A DNA stretch of 64,000 nt. Origin: Eledone cirrhosa. Taxonomy: Eukaryota. The stretch covers positions 13,950,001-14,014,000 of the forward strand of contig OZ024758.1 in assembly GCA_964016885.1 (NCBI GenBank). The letters run 5' to 3'. Below are positions 12,465 to 26,399 of this stretch, piece after piece; the first letter of the stretch is position 1, and each line of letters begins with the position of its first letter. The notes below the pieces were generated by a model. It made no database searches. It was not told where the DNA came from and saw nothing but the letters and a program-made list of their open reading frames with translations. A program made the translations under genes and the position numbers.

Positions 12465-14960
12465 GGCGGTGGGTGTATTGGCAGTATCGGTAGAGCGTCG
12501 GACGCCGTGCTTTGCAGCAAAGAGTTCAAATCTGAGTTCAAATCCCGCCGAGGTTAGCTTTGCCTTTCATCTTTACAGGGGTCGATAAAATAAAGTACCA
12601 GTAATACACTGGGATAATTGCTGGCCTTGTGCCAAAAGTAGAAACAATTATTATAATAAAGTAGACGTCCAGCATAGAGTTATAGCCCTTTACATTCTGA
12701 GTTCAAATACCGTCGAGGTTAGCTTTGCCTTTCAACCTTACGGGGGTCGATAAAATAAAGTACCAGTAATACACTGGGATAATTGCTGGCCTTGTGCCAA
12801 AAGTAGAAACAATTATTATAATAAAGTAGACGTCCAGCATAGAGTTATAGCCCTTTACATTCTGAGTTCAAATACCGTCGAGGTTAGCTTTGCCTTTCAA
12901 CCTTACGGGGGTCGATAAAATAAAGTACCAGTAATACACTGGGATAATTGCTGGCCTTGTGCCAAAAGTAGAAACAATTATTATAATAAAGTAGACGTCC
13001 AGCATAGAGTTATAGCCCTTTACATTCTGAGTTCAAATACCGTCGAGGTTAGCTTTGCCTTTCAACCTTACGGGGGTCGATAAAATAAAGTACCAGTAAT
13101 ACACTGGGATAATTGCTGGCCTTGTGCCAAAAGTAGAAACAATTATTATAATAAAGTAGACGTCCAGCATAGAGTTATAGCCCTTTACATTCTGAGTTCA
13201 AATACCGTCGAGGTTAGCTTTGCCTTTCAACCTTACGGGGGTCGATAAAATAAAGTACCAGTAATACACTGGGATAATTGCTGGCCTTGTGCCAAAAGTA
13301 GAAACAATTATTATAATAAAGTAGACGTCTAGCATAGAGTTATAGCCCTTTACATTCTGAGTTCAAATACCGTCGAGGTTAGCTTTGCTTTTCATCTTTA
13401 CGGGAGTCGATAAAATAAAGTACCAGTAATACACTGGGATAATTGCTGGCCTTGTGCCAAAAGTAGAAACAATTATTATAATAAAGTAGACGTCCAGCAT
13501 AGAGTTATAGCCCTTTACATTCTGAGTTCAAATACCGTCGAGGTTAGCTTTGCTTTTCATCCTTACGGGGGTCGATAAAATAAAGTACCAGTAATACACT
13601 GGGATAATTGCTGGCCTTGTGCCAAAAGTAGAAACAATTATTATAATAAAGTAGACGTCCAGCATAGAGTTATAGCCCTTTACATTCTGAGTTCAAATAC
13701 CGTCGAGGTTAGCTTTGCCTTTCAACCTTACGGGGGTCGATAAAATAAAGTACCAGTAATACACTGGGATAATTGCTGGCCTTGTGCCAAAAGTAGAAAC
13801 AATTATTATAATAAAGTAGACGTCTAGCATAGAGTTATAGCCCTTTACATTCTGAGTTCAAATACCGTCGAGGTTAGCTTTGCTTTTCATCTTTACGGGA
13901 GTCGATAAAATAAAGTACCAGTAATACACTGGGATAATTGCTGGCCTTGTGCCAAAAGTAGAAACAATTATTATAATAAAGTAGACGTCCAGCATAGAGT
14001 TATAGCCCTTTACATTCTGAGTTCAAATACCGTCGAGGTTAGCTTTGCTTTTCATCCTTACGGGGGTCGATAAAATAAAGTACCAGTAATACACTGGGAT
14101 AATTGCTGGCCTTGTGCCAAAAGTAGAAACAATTATTATAATAAAGTAGACGTCTAGCATAGAGTTATAGCCCTTTACATTCTGAGTTCAAATACCGTCG
14201 AGGTTAGCTTTGCTTTTCATCCTTACGGGGGTCGATAAAATAAAGTACCAGTAATACACTGGGATAATTGCTGGCCTTGTGCCAAAAGTAGAAACAATTA
14301 TTATAATAAAGTAGACGTCTAGCATAGAGTTATAGCCCTTTACATTCTGAGTTCAAATACCGTCGAGGTTAGCTTTGCCTTTCAACCTTACGGGGGTCGA
14401 TAAAATAAAGTACCAGTAATACACTGGGATAATTGCTGGCCTTGTGCCAAAAGTAGAAACAATTATTATAATAAAGTAGACGTCCAGCATAGAGTTATAG
14501 CCCTTTACATTCTGAGTTCAAATACCGTCGAGGTTAGCTTTGCCTTTCAACCTTACGGGGGTCGATAAAATAAAGTACCAGTAATACACTGGGATAATTG
14601 CTGGCCTTGTGCCAAAAGTAGAAACAATTATTATAATAAAGTAGACGTCTAGCATAGAGTTATAGCCCTTTACATTCTGAGTTCAAATACCGTCGAGGTT
14701 AGCTTTGCTTTTCATCTTTACGGGAGTCGATAAAATAAAGTACCAGTAATACACTGGGATAATTGCTGGCCTTGTGCCAAAAGTAGAAACAATTATTATA
14801 ATAAAGTAGACGTCCAGCATAGAGTTATAGCCCTTTACATTCTGAGTTTAAATACTTTCGAGGTTAACTTTGCCTTTTATCCTTATGGGGGTCGATAAAA
14901 TAAAGTACCAGTAATACACTGGGATAATTGCTGGCCTTGTGCCTAAAGTAGAAACAACTA
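12465..14960 (+). repeat. Full-length SINE A followed by about 14 head-to-tail 165-bp 5'-truncated SINE A units
   Basis: gtagacgtc starts at 12661, 12826 ... 14806 (165-bp period). Each unit has the B-box-like gagttcaaatacc and the SINE A core. Confidence 0.95.
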
Positions 14961-15544
14961 TTGTTAATATTTAGGCTATTGTCCCACCATTTATGGCTAC
15001 TTGAAGTGTTCTGTCTTAGATACCGGAGGGTGGGATTTTTGGTGGAAGGTCTGAGGAATTTAAATACCTTGTGGTATTTATTTATGGCCTTTTTACATTG
15101 TCAGGTGAATGTTGCCTTTCATCCTTCTGGGAGTGGCTCGGGTGGCGGGGGGGGGGGTCCTGAAAGTGTCAGATGCTTGTGATGATAATCGACTATACAG
15201 TCCCCACCACCACCACCACCACCACCACCACCACTTTATGGTATTGTGTCAATGATAGGAATCAATACTACTTGTAGAGTGTTCCTGATGTTGTTGTTGC
15301 TGTCACTTCTATAGAATCGTCTCAAATATTTTAGCATGTAGAAGAGATACATTAGCTAATAGTATAGTGGTTTGTGTGTGTGGTTGTGTTTGGTGGTGTA
15401 TGTGTGTATGGTTGTGTGTATGGTTGTGCATGTGTTTGTATGGTGGTGTATTGCTAATTCAGCCTTGAGTGTGTATGTATGTATGTGTATGTATGTATGT
15501 GTATGTATGTGTGTGTGTGGGGTTATGTATTGCTAATTCAGCCA

Positions 15545-15575
<31 letters not shown>

Positions 15576-16519
15576 ATTGCTAATTCAACTTTGAGTGAGT
15601 GTGTGTGAGTGTTTCAGAAAGAGAGTGTGTGTGTGTGAGGTATGTGTGTTTGTGTGTTTGTGTGTGTGGTTATGTATTGCTAATTCAACTGTGTGTGTGT
15701 ATTGCCAATTCAACTTTGGGTGAGTATGTGTGTGTGTGAGTGTTTGAGAGAGAGTGTGTGTGTGTGTGTGTGTGTGTGCGCGTGTGTATTACTAATTCAT
15801 TCTATGAGATCTATTGTATGGTTTCACAGCAGCTGAAAGTGGAAGTTAATCCAAGGAAACTGTGCTATGGATTGAGTTAATGGTATATATATTTACTAAA
15901 ATATTCATATCCCTATATAAACAGTATATATGTGTATATATATATATACATACATTCACAGTATATATATATGCACAGTATATATATATATATAGTATGT
16001 ATATATATAACTGTAGACATTACCCTAAGAGTGTATACAGTCTAATGTTTTCAGGCATAAAATTAGAAAAAAATTTATTATAAAAATCTCATGCACATCC
16101 TATATGTGTGTATGTATGTATGTATTTATATGTGTAGATGTATGTATGTATTTACATGTGTATATATATGTGTCTATGTATGTATGTATGAATGCATGCA
16201 TCTATGTGTGTATGTATGTATATATTTACATGTGTCTATGTATGTATGTATGCATGCATGCATGTGTGTGTATGTATATATTTACATGTGTATATATATG
16301 TGTCTATGTATGTATGTATGTGTGTGTGTATTTAAAGTTAATTCTAAATGTTAAACACTTTTACGGGGTTTCTTCTAGCGTCAGTTAAAACATGGCAGAC
16401 ATATTTTATCTTATTTATCTCCTTATAAAGTAAATTTGTTTCAATTTACTGAAACTTGTTGAACTTTTACAGTTTATCTGTTTAAGTTGAGATCTTTCTA
16501 CCTTACCACAATCTTTCCT

Positions 16520-16915
16520 ACCTACCTCATCTTACCCCTTTCTACCTCACCCTACCCTTTCTACCTCACCCTAGCCCTTCCTACCTCACCCTAGGTCTAC
16601 CTACTCCACCCTAGGTCTACCTACTCCACCCTAGGTCTACCTACTCCACCCTAGGTCTTCCTACCTCACCCTAGATCTACCTACCCCACCCTACTCCTTC
16701 CTACCTCACCCTACCTCTTCCTACCTCACCCTAGGTCTTCCTACCTCATCTTACCCCCTTCCTACCTCACCTTAACCCTTCCTACTCCACCCTACCCCTT
16801 CCTTCCTCACCCTACCCCTTCCTACCCGACCCTAGGTCTTCCTACCTCACCCTACCTCTTCCTACCCCCACCCTACCCCTTCCTACCCCACCCTAGCCCT
16901 TCCTACCTCACCCTA
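16520..16915. repeat. Pyrimidine-rich minisatellite, about 20-bp unit (cctacctcaccctaggtct)
   Basis: Direct reading. Confidence 0.85.
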
Positions 16916-17833
16916 GCTAACAGGGGTGTGGTGTTTACAGTGCTGGCTGTGATGGTAATGCTGACAATAAAATAAATAGCAATAATATATCTTGGTCGAT
17001 TCACTCTCTCTCTCTCTCTCTGCCTTCCTTTCTATCACCTCCTGTCTGTTCCCCCCCCCCTCTGTATCTGCCTTGCTTTCTCTCACCCCCTGTCTCTGTA
17101 TGTCTCTCTCTCGCTCTCCACTCCCTCTTTCTCCCTCTCCTCTCCCTTCCTCTCCCTTCCTCTCTCTCGCTCTCCTCTCCCTTCCTCTCTCAGTGGTTAC
17201 AGTACCTAATCACAAGAAATCAATATTCTCCTGCTTGTCTTAAGGCTTTGGTAGAAATGTCTAACACAGTGGTGCCATCCTCTATAAACTTGAGTCTGTA
17301 TTGATTAGCTCAGTGTCTCACTTGGAATGCCACTGGGCTTCACTTTACTTGTCAACCCTTACTCCCCTCCTGGGTCGGTATCATAAAATATGTATCACTT
17401 GTACTGTGTCAAACTGAAATTTGATTTTTTTTTTTTTTTTTTTTAAGAAATACCCCCCCCCTCACTTCAATTGTTTTCCCCCGCCCCACCCCCTTTTAAA
17501 ATATTGGCCTTGAGCCTAGACAAGGAATCAATAATTCTACTCAGCTTAAAATAAAACCCCTCCTCCACACTGCCACCACCTCCACAATATATACTCCCCT
17601 CCACCACCACCACCACAATATACACCCCCTCCACATCACCACCACAATATACAACCCCTCCTCCACGCCACCACAATATACACCCCTCCTCCATGCCACC
17701 ACAATATATACCCCCCCCCCCTACAACACCACCACCACCACAATATATCCCTCCTCCACACCACCACAAAATATAACCAATCATAAGATATCACAAAAAA
17801 TAGCACATCACACCAAAACTGTTGACTTATTAA

Positions 17834-18050
17834 CCCTTTAGCATTTACATTACTCTATATATATTATTGTATTTTTGTGGTAAAGACTTTACCTTACATA
17901 ATATCTCACATAATATCAAATATATGAGATTTTGATATTTATTTTGAGAAAATTACCTTAACATCAGTATGAGTGGCCAGTTAGAGCCAGTTTGAAGAGA
18001 AAGAGGTGAGAAAACTTTGGCCGGATATGGTTGGTTTAAATGCTAAAGGG
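17834..18050 (+). mobile_element. piggyBac-type MITE M1, unexpanded 217-bp monomer
   Basis: TTAA|CCCTTTAGCATTTA...TAAATGCTAAAGGG|TTAA: terminal inverted repeats with a TTAA target duplication. Confidence 0.9.
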
Positions 18051-18332
18051 TTAAAGAATCTTCAGGTTGTGTGATTGGTAAGAGAGGCATTGTATTACTG
18101 AAGTAGCAGAGTCTGTGGTAGATTTACAATGTGTGTTGTGAACTGATACTATTGTATTAGGCCAGCAACTTAAGTGTAGGTGTTTATCTCGTTTAGAATA
18201 GGTACAACATATCCCTGTATATATGTGTATATTTGTATATTTCAAGATTAATATCCCTTCTTCTGGGGAAAATAAAGGAACTATTCCAGTGTCTGATGTG
18301 GCTGGATAATGGAATAGTTTATTAGTCTATTT

Positions 18333-18370
18333 TCCTCGGAAGAGGAGATATCAATCTCGAAATATCAGGA
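18333..18370 (+). ncRNA. Degenerate minimal hammerhead-like motif (core CGGAAGA instead of CUGAnGA)
   Basis: tcct-CGGAAGA-g-gagat-atca-atctc-GAAA-ta-TC-agga. Stems I and II pair, but the core U is substituted. Confidence 0.35.
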
Positions 18371-18507
18371 CATAGGAATAAATTAAGGTAAAAAAAACAA
18401 CCCTTGTTTCTTATGATTTAATTATTTTCCGCAAAACCTGCATTGTCGTGGCTTTCAAACTTCAAATTCTTCATATATATATATCGACTTTTGTTGATAT
18501 ATATATA

Positions 18508-19233
18508 TAGGTCAGTGTTATTTGTTTGGGTGTTGTTGTTATTCCATTCATTTTTCTGTTTAGCCTTGGCCTTCTAAGTTCTATTTCACTGGCCTCTCTG
18601 ATTTACCTATCTGCTGGGTCATTTCTATGTTTAGATATTGTTCTAATTTCTATGTTGTCTATGTTACCGTCGTGTTGTTGGCATGTTCGTAACAAACAAC
18701 ACTGACCTAAGAGAAGTATAAATAATAAATAAATAAATAAATAGATAAATAAATAAATAAATACATACACAAGCACAATAACAACAAACACATATAAACA
18801 CACACTAGTAAAGATAGAATACATTAACCAATACACAGTCACCCAATCACGAACACACATTAAACAAAACACTATACACACACGCAAACGCATGCGCAAA
18901 GAAGACAAAAAAAAATAAACAAATAAATAAATATATAAACAGACTAAATAAAGATGGTGTAGAAAATACAATGCAATGGGAGGAAACAATAGCACCACTG
19001 ACGATGTTGCAGATGTGCAACGAAAGAACTTTGATAAACTATATATATGTGTTTGTGTCTATATTGTATCTGTATTTTTGACCATTGGTCAGTCAATGAC
19101 AACATTGAGGACCGAATAAATTAAATTAACCGATATAAAAGACATAGAAGCGAAAACCAACCAAACAGTGAGTGTGTCCTGTTATTAATTCTGGCAATAT
19201 TACACAAATATGACCCTCCCCAAGAATAACAAT
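18508..19233. mobile_element. Penelope-like element 3' remnant in an inverted two-part arrangement
   Basis: 18508-18691 matches 42968-43156 in the same orientation. 18691-19233 is the reverse complement of about 42455-42988. Confidence 0.8.
18990..19040 (+). ncRNA. Candidate PLE-associated hammerhead motif with weak stem I
   Basis: CTGACGA-t-gttgca-gatg-tgcaac-GAAA-gaac-TT. Perfect 6-bp stem II, but stem I is degenerate. Confidence 0.5.
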
Positions 19234-19274
19234 ATTTGTTTCGACACACGATTTCATATCAAAAACCTCACAAA

Positions 19275-19315
<41 letters not shown>

Positions 19316-19426
19316 ATTTATATATATATTATATATATAATATATATATATATATATAATATATAATATATATAAATATATATATATAATATATATAATA
19401 TAAATATATATATATATATATATTAG

Positions 19427-19731
19427 TGGAGGCACATGGCTTAGTGGTTAGAGCATTGGGCTTGCAATCGAAAGGTTGTGAGTTCAATTCTCAGACCGGG
19501 TGATGTGTTGTTTCCTAGAACAAGACACTTTATTTCACATTGCTCCAGTTTACTCAGCTGTAGAAATGAGATGATAAGGACTGGGGTCGCTATCATTCCA
19601 CTGCAAAGTGGTCATGGAGGTGCTACTGCAAAAAAGCACCCAGCCGACACTGTAAAGTGGATGTGTAGGTGCCAGAATCAGTTCCCGTCCTACCCTTGCA
19701 AGCAGAGAAAAGCGGACGTGAAATGATGATG
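19427..19731 (+). mobile_element. tRNA-derived SINE family B (CORE-like central domain, RTE-like tail)
   Basis: A box tggcttagtggttag, B box gagttcaattctc, gtttcctagaacaagacacttt core, and a 3' end gcggacgtgaaatgatgat. Confidence 0.85.
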
Positions 19732-19928
19732 ATATATATAGACAGTCCTATGCGAGCAAGACAATCACTCTTGCCTCAAGTGGGAAAACCCCCGTCCAAA
19801 CCCATGCAAGCGTGGAACACGGACGTTAAACGTTGATGATGATGATATAAATAGTCTTAATAAAATGAATATTTAAACTCTACTTTGGTATTGAGTACTC
19901 TTTTTTTTCTCAGCCATCAACCACATAT

Positions 19929-19964
<36 letters not shown>

Positions 19965-21898
19965 ATATACATATATATGTGTACATATATCCACACACAC
20001 ATATATATATAGCAACCTGTTTGTTAAAGGTTCCTATAGTGTGTCAGGGTTACAAATCACCCAATCGTTGTTTGCAAACAAAATGGTGATTTGTTCAATA
20101 AAATATTGCACAAAAGGCTTTTAGCTAAGCTCCATTGATCTGAAATACTTTCAAAGCCATTATATACCCCCCCCCCACCCCCCCCAGTCCCTCAGCATCA
20201 AGGTATCCCAGTTAACCTTCAAACCTTAGCATTTATTTCTCTAGTGGCAGCAAATGTTTTATTGTAGTGGTAGATGGTGAGGGATAAGTAAGTTTGGTGG
20301 TAGAAATAATAGTTACAATGACAATGGAGGTGTGGTGATGATGGTGATGACAACAGAGTGGTGGTGGTGGTGGTGATGGTGATGACAACAGACGTGTGGT
20401 GGTGGTGGTGGTGATGGTGACAACTGACGTGTGGTGGTGGTGATGGTGATGACAACAGATGTGTGGTGGTGGTGGTGGTGGTGATGATAACAGACGTGTG
20501 GTGGTGGTGGTGACAACAGACGTGTGGTGGTGGTGATGGTGATGACAACAGAGGTGTGGTGATGGTGGTGACAACATGATGATGGTGTTAACAGAGGTGT
20601 GATGGTGTTGATAACAATAGGTGTGGTTATGGTGATGGTGATGATGACAACAAGTGTGATGATGATCTCTTTGTCTCTCTTTCTCTCTCTCATGGTGATG
20701 GTCTCTCTCTCTCTCTCACACACATGGTGATAGTGATGTTGATGATATATATACATACATATACACACACACACATACACATATGTCTCTCTACAATGTC
20801 TATCCTTTCCCTGTCCCTGAGCTTATATACAAGTATATACTTTATCCCTTCATATTCTGTGGTGATTTAGCAGAAAATATCTAAGAAAGGAATTTTTAAT
20901 TCAAATGTTTGTAGTATCTTTTCTAGTGGCCAGACTGTATTGGAAATGTCCAATAGTAGAAGAAAGTCTTTCATTTGTAACATAATGTAGTCACAGTTCT
21001 GTTTTATACATTTCCGAGAATGCCTTTGCTGATGTGGCTTCGTGTGGAACATGGTGTTGAAAGAGTCAAGCGACAGACTTTGATCTTTCTGTATAGACAT
21101 GATAAACAAAACTTGATAGAAAATTATCGTCTTTTGAACTGAATGTGAAAATTTACTGTGTGCATGCTTCATATTCTTCTCTGGGGCCCTGGTTGCTGCC
21201 GTTCCCACCCTGTTCCTAATACGGTAATCCACACCATATTTGTTGTCAGTCTCTTTGTTGTAGCATTATTCTTAATATTATTTAACTTTCAGAAAGTAGT
21301 AGGTAATTCTTCTCAAGTTTTTTTTTTTGTTTTTGTTTTTTTTTTTGTTTGTTTTTGTTTTTTGGCATTGTGTTATATATACAATACACTACTGACTTCA
21401 CTAAAGCAACACTTGAAAGAGTTAATATAGAAAAATCATATATCATTAAACGTGAACAAACAGTTAGGAATTATTTAGATAAGATCAATTGAAGTTCAGA
21501 AGCATATTTGCTGTGAAGGAAAAGGAGTTGAAACAAAAATGTTATATGATGTTAGATGGAGTATGTTTGAGTAGGAAGACAAATTGAAAATAAGACAAAA
21601 CAGGTATAATGTTAGAAATGTCAAAGAGATTTCATGTGTAAAATTTCATCAAACTAAAGTGAACTTATATCTCAGAAAATTATCGTATAATCACTAACAA
21701 TACGTATTTAAAAACATAAAAACGGTTATAAAGAGAAGAATGTGTCAGAGAAAAAAGTTGAGTTCAAATCCCACTGAGGTTCAACTTTGCCTTTCATCCT
21801 TACGGGGCTGATAAAATAAAGTACCAGTAACAAACTGGATTCAATTTAATTGACTTTTCCCTCCCCCAAATTGTTGATCTTGTGTCTAAATCAGAAAC

Positions 21899-21937
<39 letters not shown>

Positions 21938-22152
21938 TATTGGCCATGCTTTGCAGCATAGAGTTACGACCTGTTGCGTTCTGAGTTCAAATCCCACCAA
22001 GGATAGCTTTGCCTTTCATCTTTACGGGGTCGATAGAATAAAGTATGTCAGGAAAGTGAACAGTGTATGAGTCATGATATACATGTGTGTGTTTATGGAA
22101 CGGCGATATCAGGTGTAGGGTTGGCGAATTTCAGGAAGCATGGAGGTTTTAA

Positions 22153-22854
22153 CCCTTTAGTGTTCAAACCGGCCAGAATTCTCTACCTCTTTCTGTTGAA
22201 ACTGGCTGTAACTGGTCGCTCAAACTGATGTTAAGGTATTGTTCTCAAAATAAATACTTTCAAAATCTCATAGATTCGATATTATGTGAGATAATTATGT
22301 GAGGTAAAGCCTTTACCATGAAAATATAATAGTATATATAGAGTAATGTGAATGTTATGTGAGATATTATGTGAGGTAAAGCCTTTACCATGAAAATATA
22401 ATAGTAAATATAGAGTAATGTGAATGTTATGTGAGGTAAAGCCTTTACTGTGAAAATATAATAGTATATATAGAGTAATGTGAATGTTATGTGAGATATT
22501 ATGTGAGGTAAAGCCTTTACTGTGAAAATATAATAGTATATATAGAGTAATGTGAATGTTATGTGAGATATTATGTGAGGTAAAGCCTTTACTGTGAAAA
22601 TATAATAGTATATATAGAGTAATGTGAATGTTATGTGAGATATTATGTGAGGTAAAGCCTTTACTGTGAAAATATAATAGTATATATAGAGTAATGTGAA
22701 TGTTATGTGAGATATTATGTGAGGTAAAGCCTTTACTGTGAAAATATAATAGTATATATAGAGTAATGTGAATGTTATGTGAGATATTATGTGAGGTAAA
22801 GCCTTTACTGTGAAAATATAATAGTATATTTAGAGTAATGTGAATGTTAAAGGG
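22153..22854 (-). mobile_element. MITE M1 with about 7-8 internal 72-bp units, inserted into a CR1-type LINE fragment
   Basis: TTAA at 22149-22152 and 22855-22858. The flanks rejoin as ggaagcatggaggttttaaaggatgcagtgtc, which matches the reverse complement of the LINE copy at about 26436-26470. Confidence 0.85.
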
Positions 22855-23416
22855 TTAAAGGATGCAGTGTCTAATGAGGAGAAACTGCATCCTTTAAGGT
22901 GAAACTAATAAGAAATTATCTAAAATGAACCTATATGTGTTTGTGTGTGTGAATTATGAAGGCATGTAGCTTAGTGGTTAGAGGTGTTCAGCTCATGATC
23001 GTATGATCAGTTTAGAGGAAAATACGTATATTTGACATGTTTATGTGTCTCTATACTAAAAATATTTAAATTTATGTAAATTTATACAGCTTCAGTTACC
23101 TGTATTCTGTATATATACACAGATAAAATGTGGCCCCACGCTGTAATATGGCCGTGTAGGTAACACGGCAAAAACCTCCCGGTCCAGACTGTAAACATGG
23201 TTGGTGTTAGGAAGGGCATCCACCCGTAGAAAACCTGCCAGACAGTCCTACACGAGCAAGACAACCAATCTGGCTTCAAGTGGGTCAATTCCTGTCTAAC
23301 CCATGCTAGCGTGGAAGATAGACGTTAAACGATGGCGACGATGACGATGATGATGATATAACTTTACCACATACTTCAGCTGCTTAGCACAATTTAATAT
23401 ATTATTTGTGTGTATC

Positions 23417-23471
<55 letters not shown>

Positions 23472-24069
23472 ATGTGTATATATATACATACATATACATA
23501 CAAATGCATATATATATATATATACGCATGTGTATGTGTGTGTATTATACATACATATATCTATACACTCACATACACTAATGACATAAAATAGAACACA
23601 TGAAACATTTCATTGCCGTGACATATAGCTGAGAGAAAAGGAAAGAAAAAATACATACTTGGCTTCATTTATATGTTAAAGATTATCCCCAATATCTGGA
23701 TGAGATAGCTTATCTACTGAATATACTTCTTTATGTATTACAGTAAAGTGATAAAGCTTTTCTCTGTAATCTCTAAAACTTTTCACTACAACTTGGCTGT
23801 CACTTGTAATTCTTCAATTAAGATACGGTAAATATCATTAAACTTACATCTGTTTTGCTATTTTGCTTTCCAAGAAAAGTGTTTTTACTGAAAATTATGA
23901 TGGATTGAAGAACAAATTCTTAATAAAAATGAAGAAATATAGATAACAGATATAGCAAAAGTTATATGTTTATTTTAAATTGTTTTCATTTTGTTGTTTT
24001 GGTTTTCTCAACTGAATTCTATATATGAGAATAATGGTTGTTATTAGCAGCAAATCTATGCCAATACCA

Positions 24070-24845
24070 ACCCTTACCTATAGTAGTGAATCTTGGCTAA
24101 TCACCGAAAGAATATGATCGCGACTACAAGCAGCTTAAATGAGGTTCCTCCGAAGGGTCTTTGGAGTAATATTACTCGTTAAAATGCATAACTCGGAGAT
24201 TAGAGAGTCACTCTAGGTAGAGCCGATACTTCTCCGAATTAAGAGATAACAGCTCCGATACTATGGACCTGTGGTTAGAATGTCTCAGGAAGGAATCACT
24301 GGACAGATTTGTAGCTCAGAGATCAGAGAGTCACTCCAGGTAGAGCCGATACTGCTCCGAATTAAGAGATCACAGCTCCGATACTATGGACCTGTGGTTA
24401 GAATGTCTCAGGAAGGAATCGCTGGACAGATTTGTAGCTCAGAGATCAGAGAGTCACTCCAGGTAGAGCCGATACTGCTCCGAATTAAGAGATCACAGCT
24501 CCGATACTATGGACCTGTGGCTAGAATGTCTCAGGAAGGAATCGCTGGACAGATTTGTAGCTCAGAGATCAGAGAGTCACTCCAGGTAGAGCCGATACTG
24601 CTCCGAATTAAGAGATCACAGCTCCGATACTATGGACCTGTGGTTAGAATGTCTCAGGAAGGAATCGCTGGACAGATTTGTAGCTCAGAGATCAGAGAGT
24701 CACTCCAGGTAGAGCCGATACTGCTCCGAATTAAGAGATCACAGCTCCGATACTATGGACCTGTGGTTAGAATGTCTCAGGAAGGAATCGCTGGACAGAT
24801 CTGTAGCTCAGAGATCAGAGAGTCACTCTAGATAGAGCCACTACC
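24070..24845 (+). mobile_element. RTE-clade LINE (second family) ORF2 C-terminal fragment with a 123-bp segment repeated about 5 times
   Basis: Decayed frame LTYSSESW...RLQAA*MRFLRRVFG...SEIRES, then the 41-aa unit EIRESLQVEPILLRIKRSQLRYYGPVVRM, typical of the RTE post-RT region (cf. LRWxGHxxRM). Confidence 0.85.
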
Positions 24846-24982
24846 TAAATATTTGCAGCAGATCCCTATGGAATCAATAAAATAATGTACCAGTAATGCA
24901 CGGGGTCAATTTAATCGACTTTCCCCTTCACTTCAAATTGCTGGCCTTGTGCTTAAAGTAGAAACGATTATTATTATTATTG

Positions 24983-25170
24983 TGGATTGGCAGTGTCGGT
25001 AGAGGGTCGGACGCCATGCTTTCCAGCATAGTTACGTCTCTTTACGGTCTGAGTTCAAATCCCGCCGAGGTTGACTTTGCCTTTCATCCTTACGGGGTCG
25101 ATAAAATAAAGTACCAGTAATGCACTGGGTAATTGCTGGCCTTCTGCCTAAAGTAGAAACAATTATTATT
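24983..25170 (+). mobile_element. SINE family A (tRNA-derived; central domain resembles the Meta-SINE domain)
   Basis: tggattggcagtgtcggtagag...gagttcaaatcccgccgaggttgactttgcctttcatccttacggggtcgataaaataaagtaccag. Confidence 0.8.
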
Positions 25171-26399
25171 AGTAGTGGTAGTAGTAGTAGTAGTAGTAGT
25201 AGTAGTATAATTATTATCTATAGTTTTTTTTGCTAAGATAATTTAAATTTTGAACTTTATATATATATATTGTTGTTGTTTAGTTGTCATTTACTGTCAG
25301 TCACCCACCCATACACCTCCTCTTCCCCCCACCCCAGCCCTTCCTCCTCCTTCCCTTCCTCCTACTCTGGCAGTTTGCATGTGCTGTGTAATTATACAGT
25401 AGAACTGTTAGTACTAATTGGTCTCGGAATGTTTCGGTTAATATATCTATTATTACACATAAAAGAAGATTTCTATTGAAACAATATTTCATCCTGGTAA
25501 TGGAGGTTTGAGCTTTTTCTATGAAAAACGATATGGATTAGATAAGAGAGGGAGGGGTGTAAAGAGAGGGGAGAGAGAGATATAAGGAGTGATAGAGAGG
25601 AAGAGAGGTAGAGAAGAGTGAGGGTGAAGGAGAGGGGAGGGAGGGGAGGGAGAAAGAGGGAGCAAATTGACAATAAAAACAAAACAATATATTATTAAAC
25701 CATTATTATTAGTAGTAGTAGTGGTGTTGGTGGGGTGGTAGTAGTGATGGTGATGGTAGTGGTAGTAGTGTTAGTTGTGATGGTAGTGGTGGTGGTGGTA
25801 GTAGTGGTGTTAGTGGTGTTGGTGGTGGTGGTAGTAGTGTTAGTTGTGGTGGCGTGTGGTGATGGTGGTAGTAGTGGTATTGGTAGTAGTAGTAGTAGTA
25901 GTGGTGGTGGTGGTGATGGCATGCGGGCAAGAGAGAGAGAGAGAACGGGGAGGTACTTAAATGCACATATGTAATCAAAACATGATTTAGTTTGATATTA
26001 ATTTAGTGTAATTTAGCTCAGTATAAATACCATTATTTTTAGTTCAATGTTTGGCTTAAATTTAATTTGATAAACAATTGCAAGGAATCAGACTTGATTT
26101 CGTGTTTTTGTTGATTGGATTGTTCTAATGTCTTCTGGTGGTGGTGATGGTGGTGGTGTGGTGGGGGCGTGCTTCAATCAACTCTGCTTTAACAAACAGA
26201 TTCTGTAATTTGTACTTATACACATTACAGTCATATACTCCGTGTCAACAACCTCCACTGGACTAATTCTGGCTTTTTTACTAAAAACCAACTTATGAAG
26301 GTCCAATTTGATTCCTAACTCTTGGGCGTTGCGACCGGGTAGATAATATATCAGGCATGGATGGACCAATGGAAACATTGTTTCCTTGGCTCCATTTGA

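Noticed and set aside
19427-19500. tRNA gene
   Set aside because: The A/B boxes belong to a multi-copy SINE head and continue into the SINE body. No convincing cloverleaf.
20867-21232. 121-aa minus-strand ORF in non-repetitive-looking DNA
   Set aside because: No recognisable domain or clear splice sites. It could be a decayed TE or an unrecognised exon and needs a BLASTX.
24271-24831. 186-aa ORF as a host gene
   Set aside because: It is a tandemly amplified RTE ORF2 segment with stops immediately upstream. It is kept only as a repeat finding.
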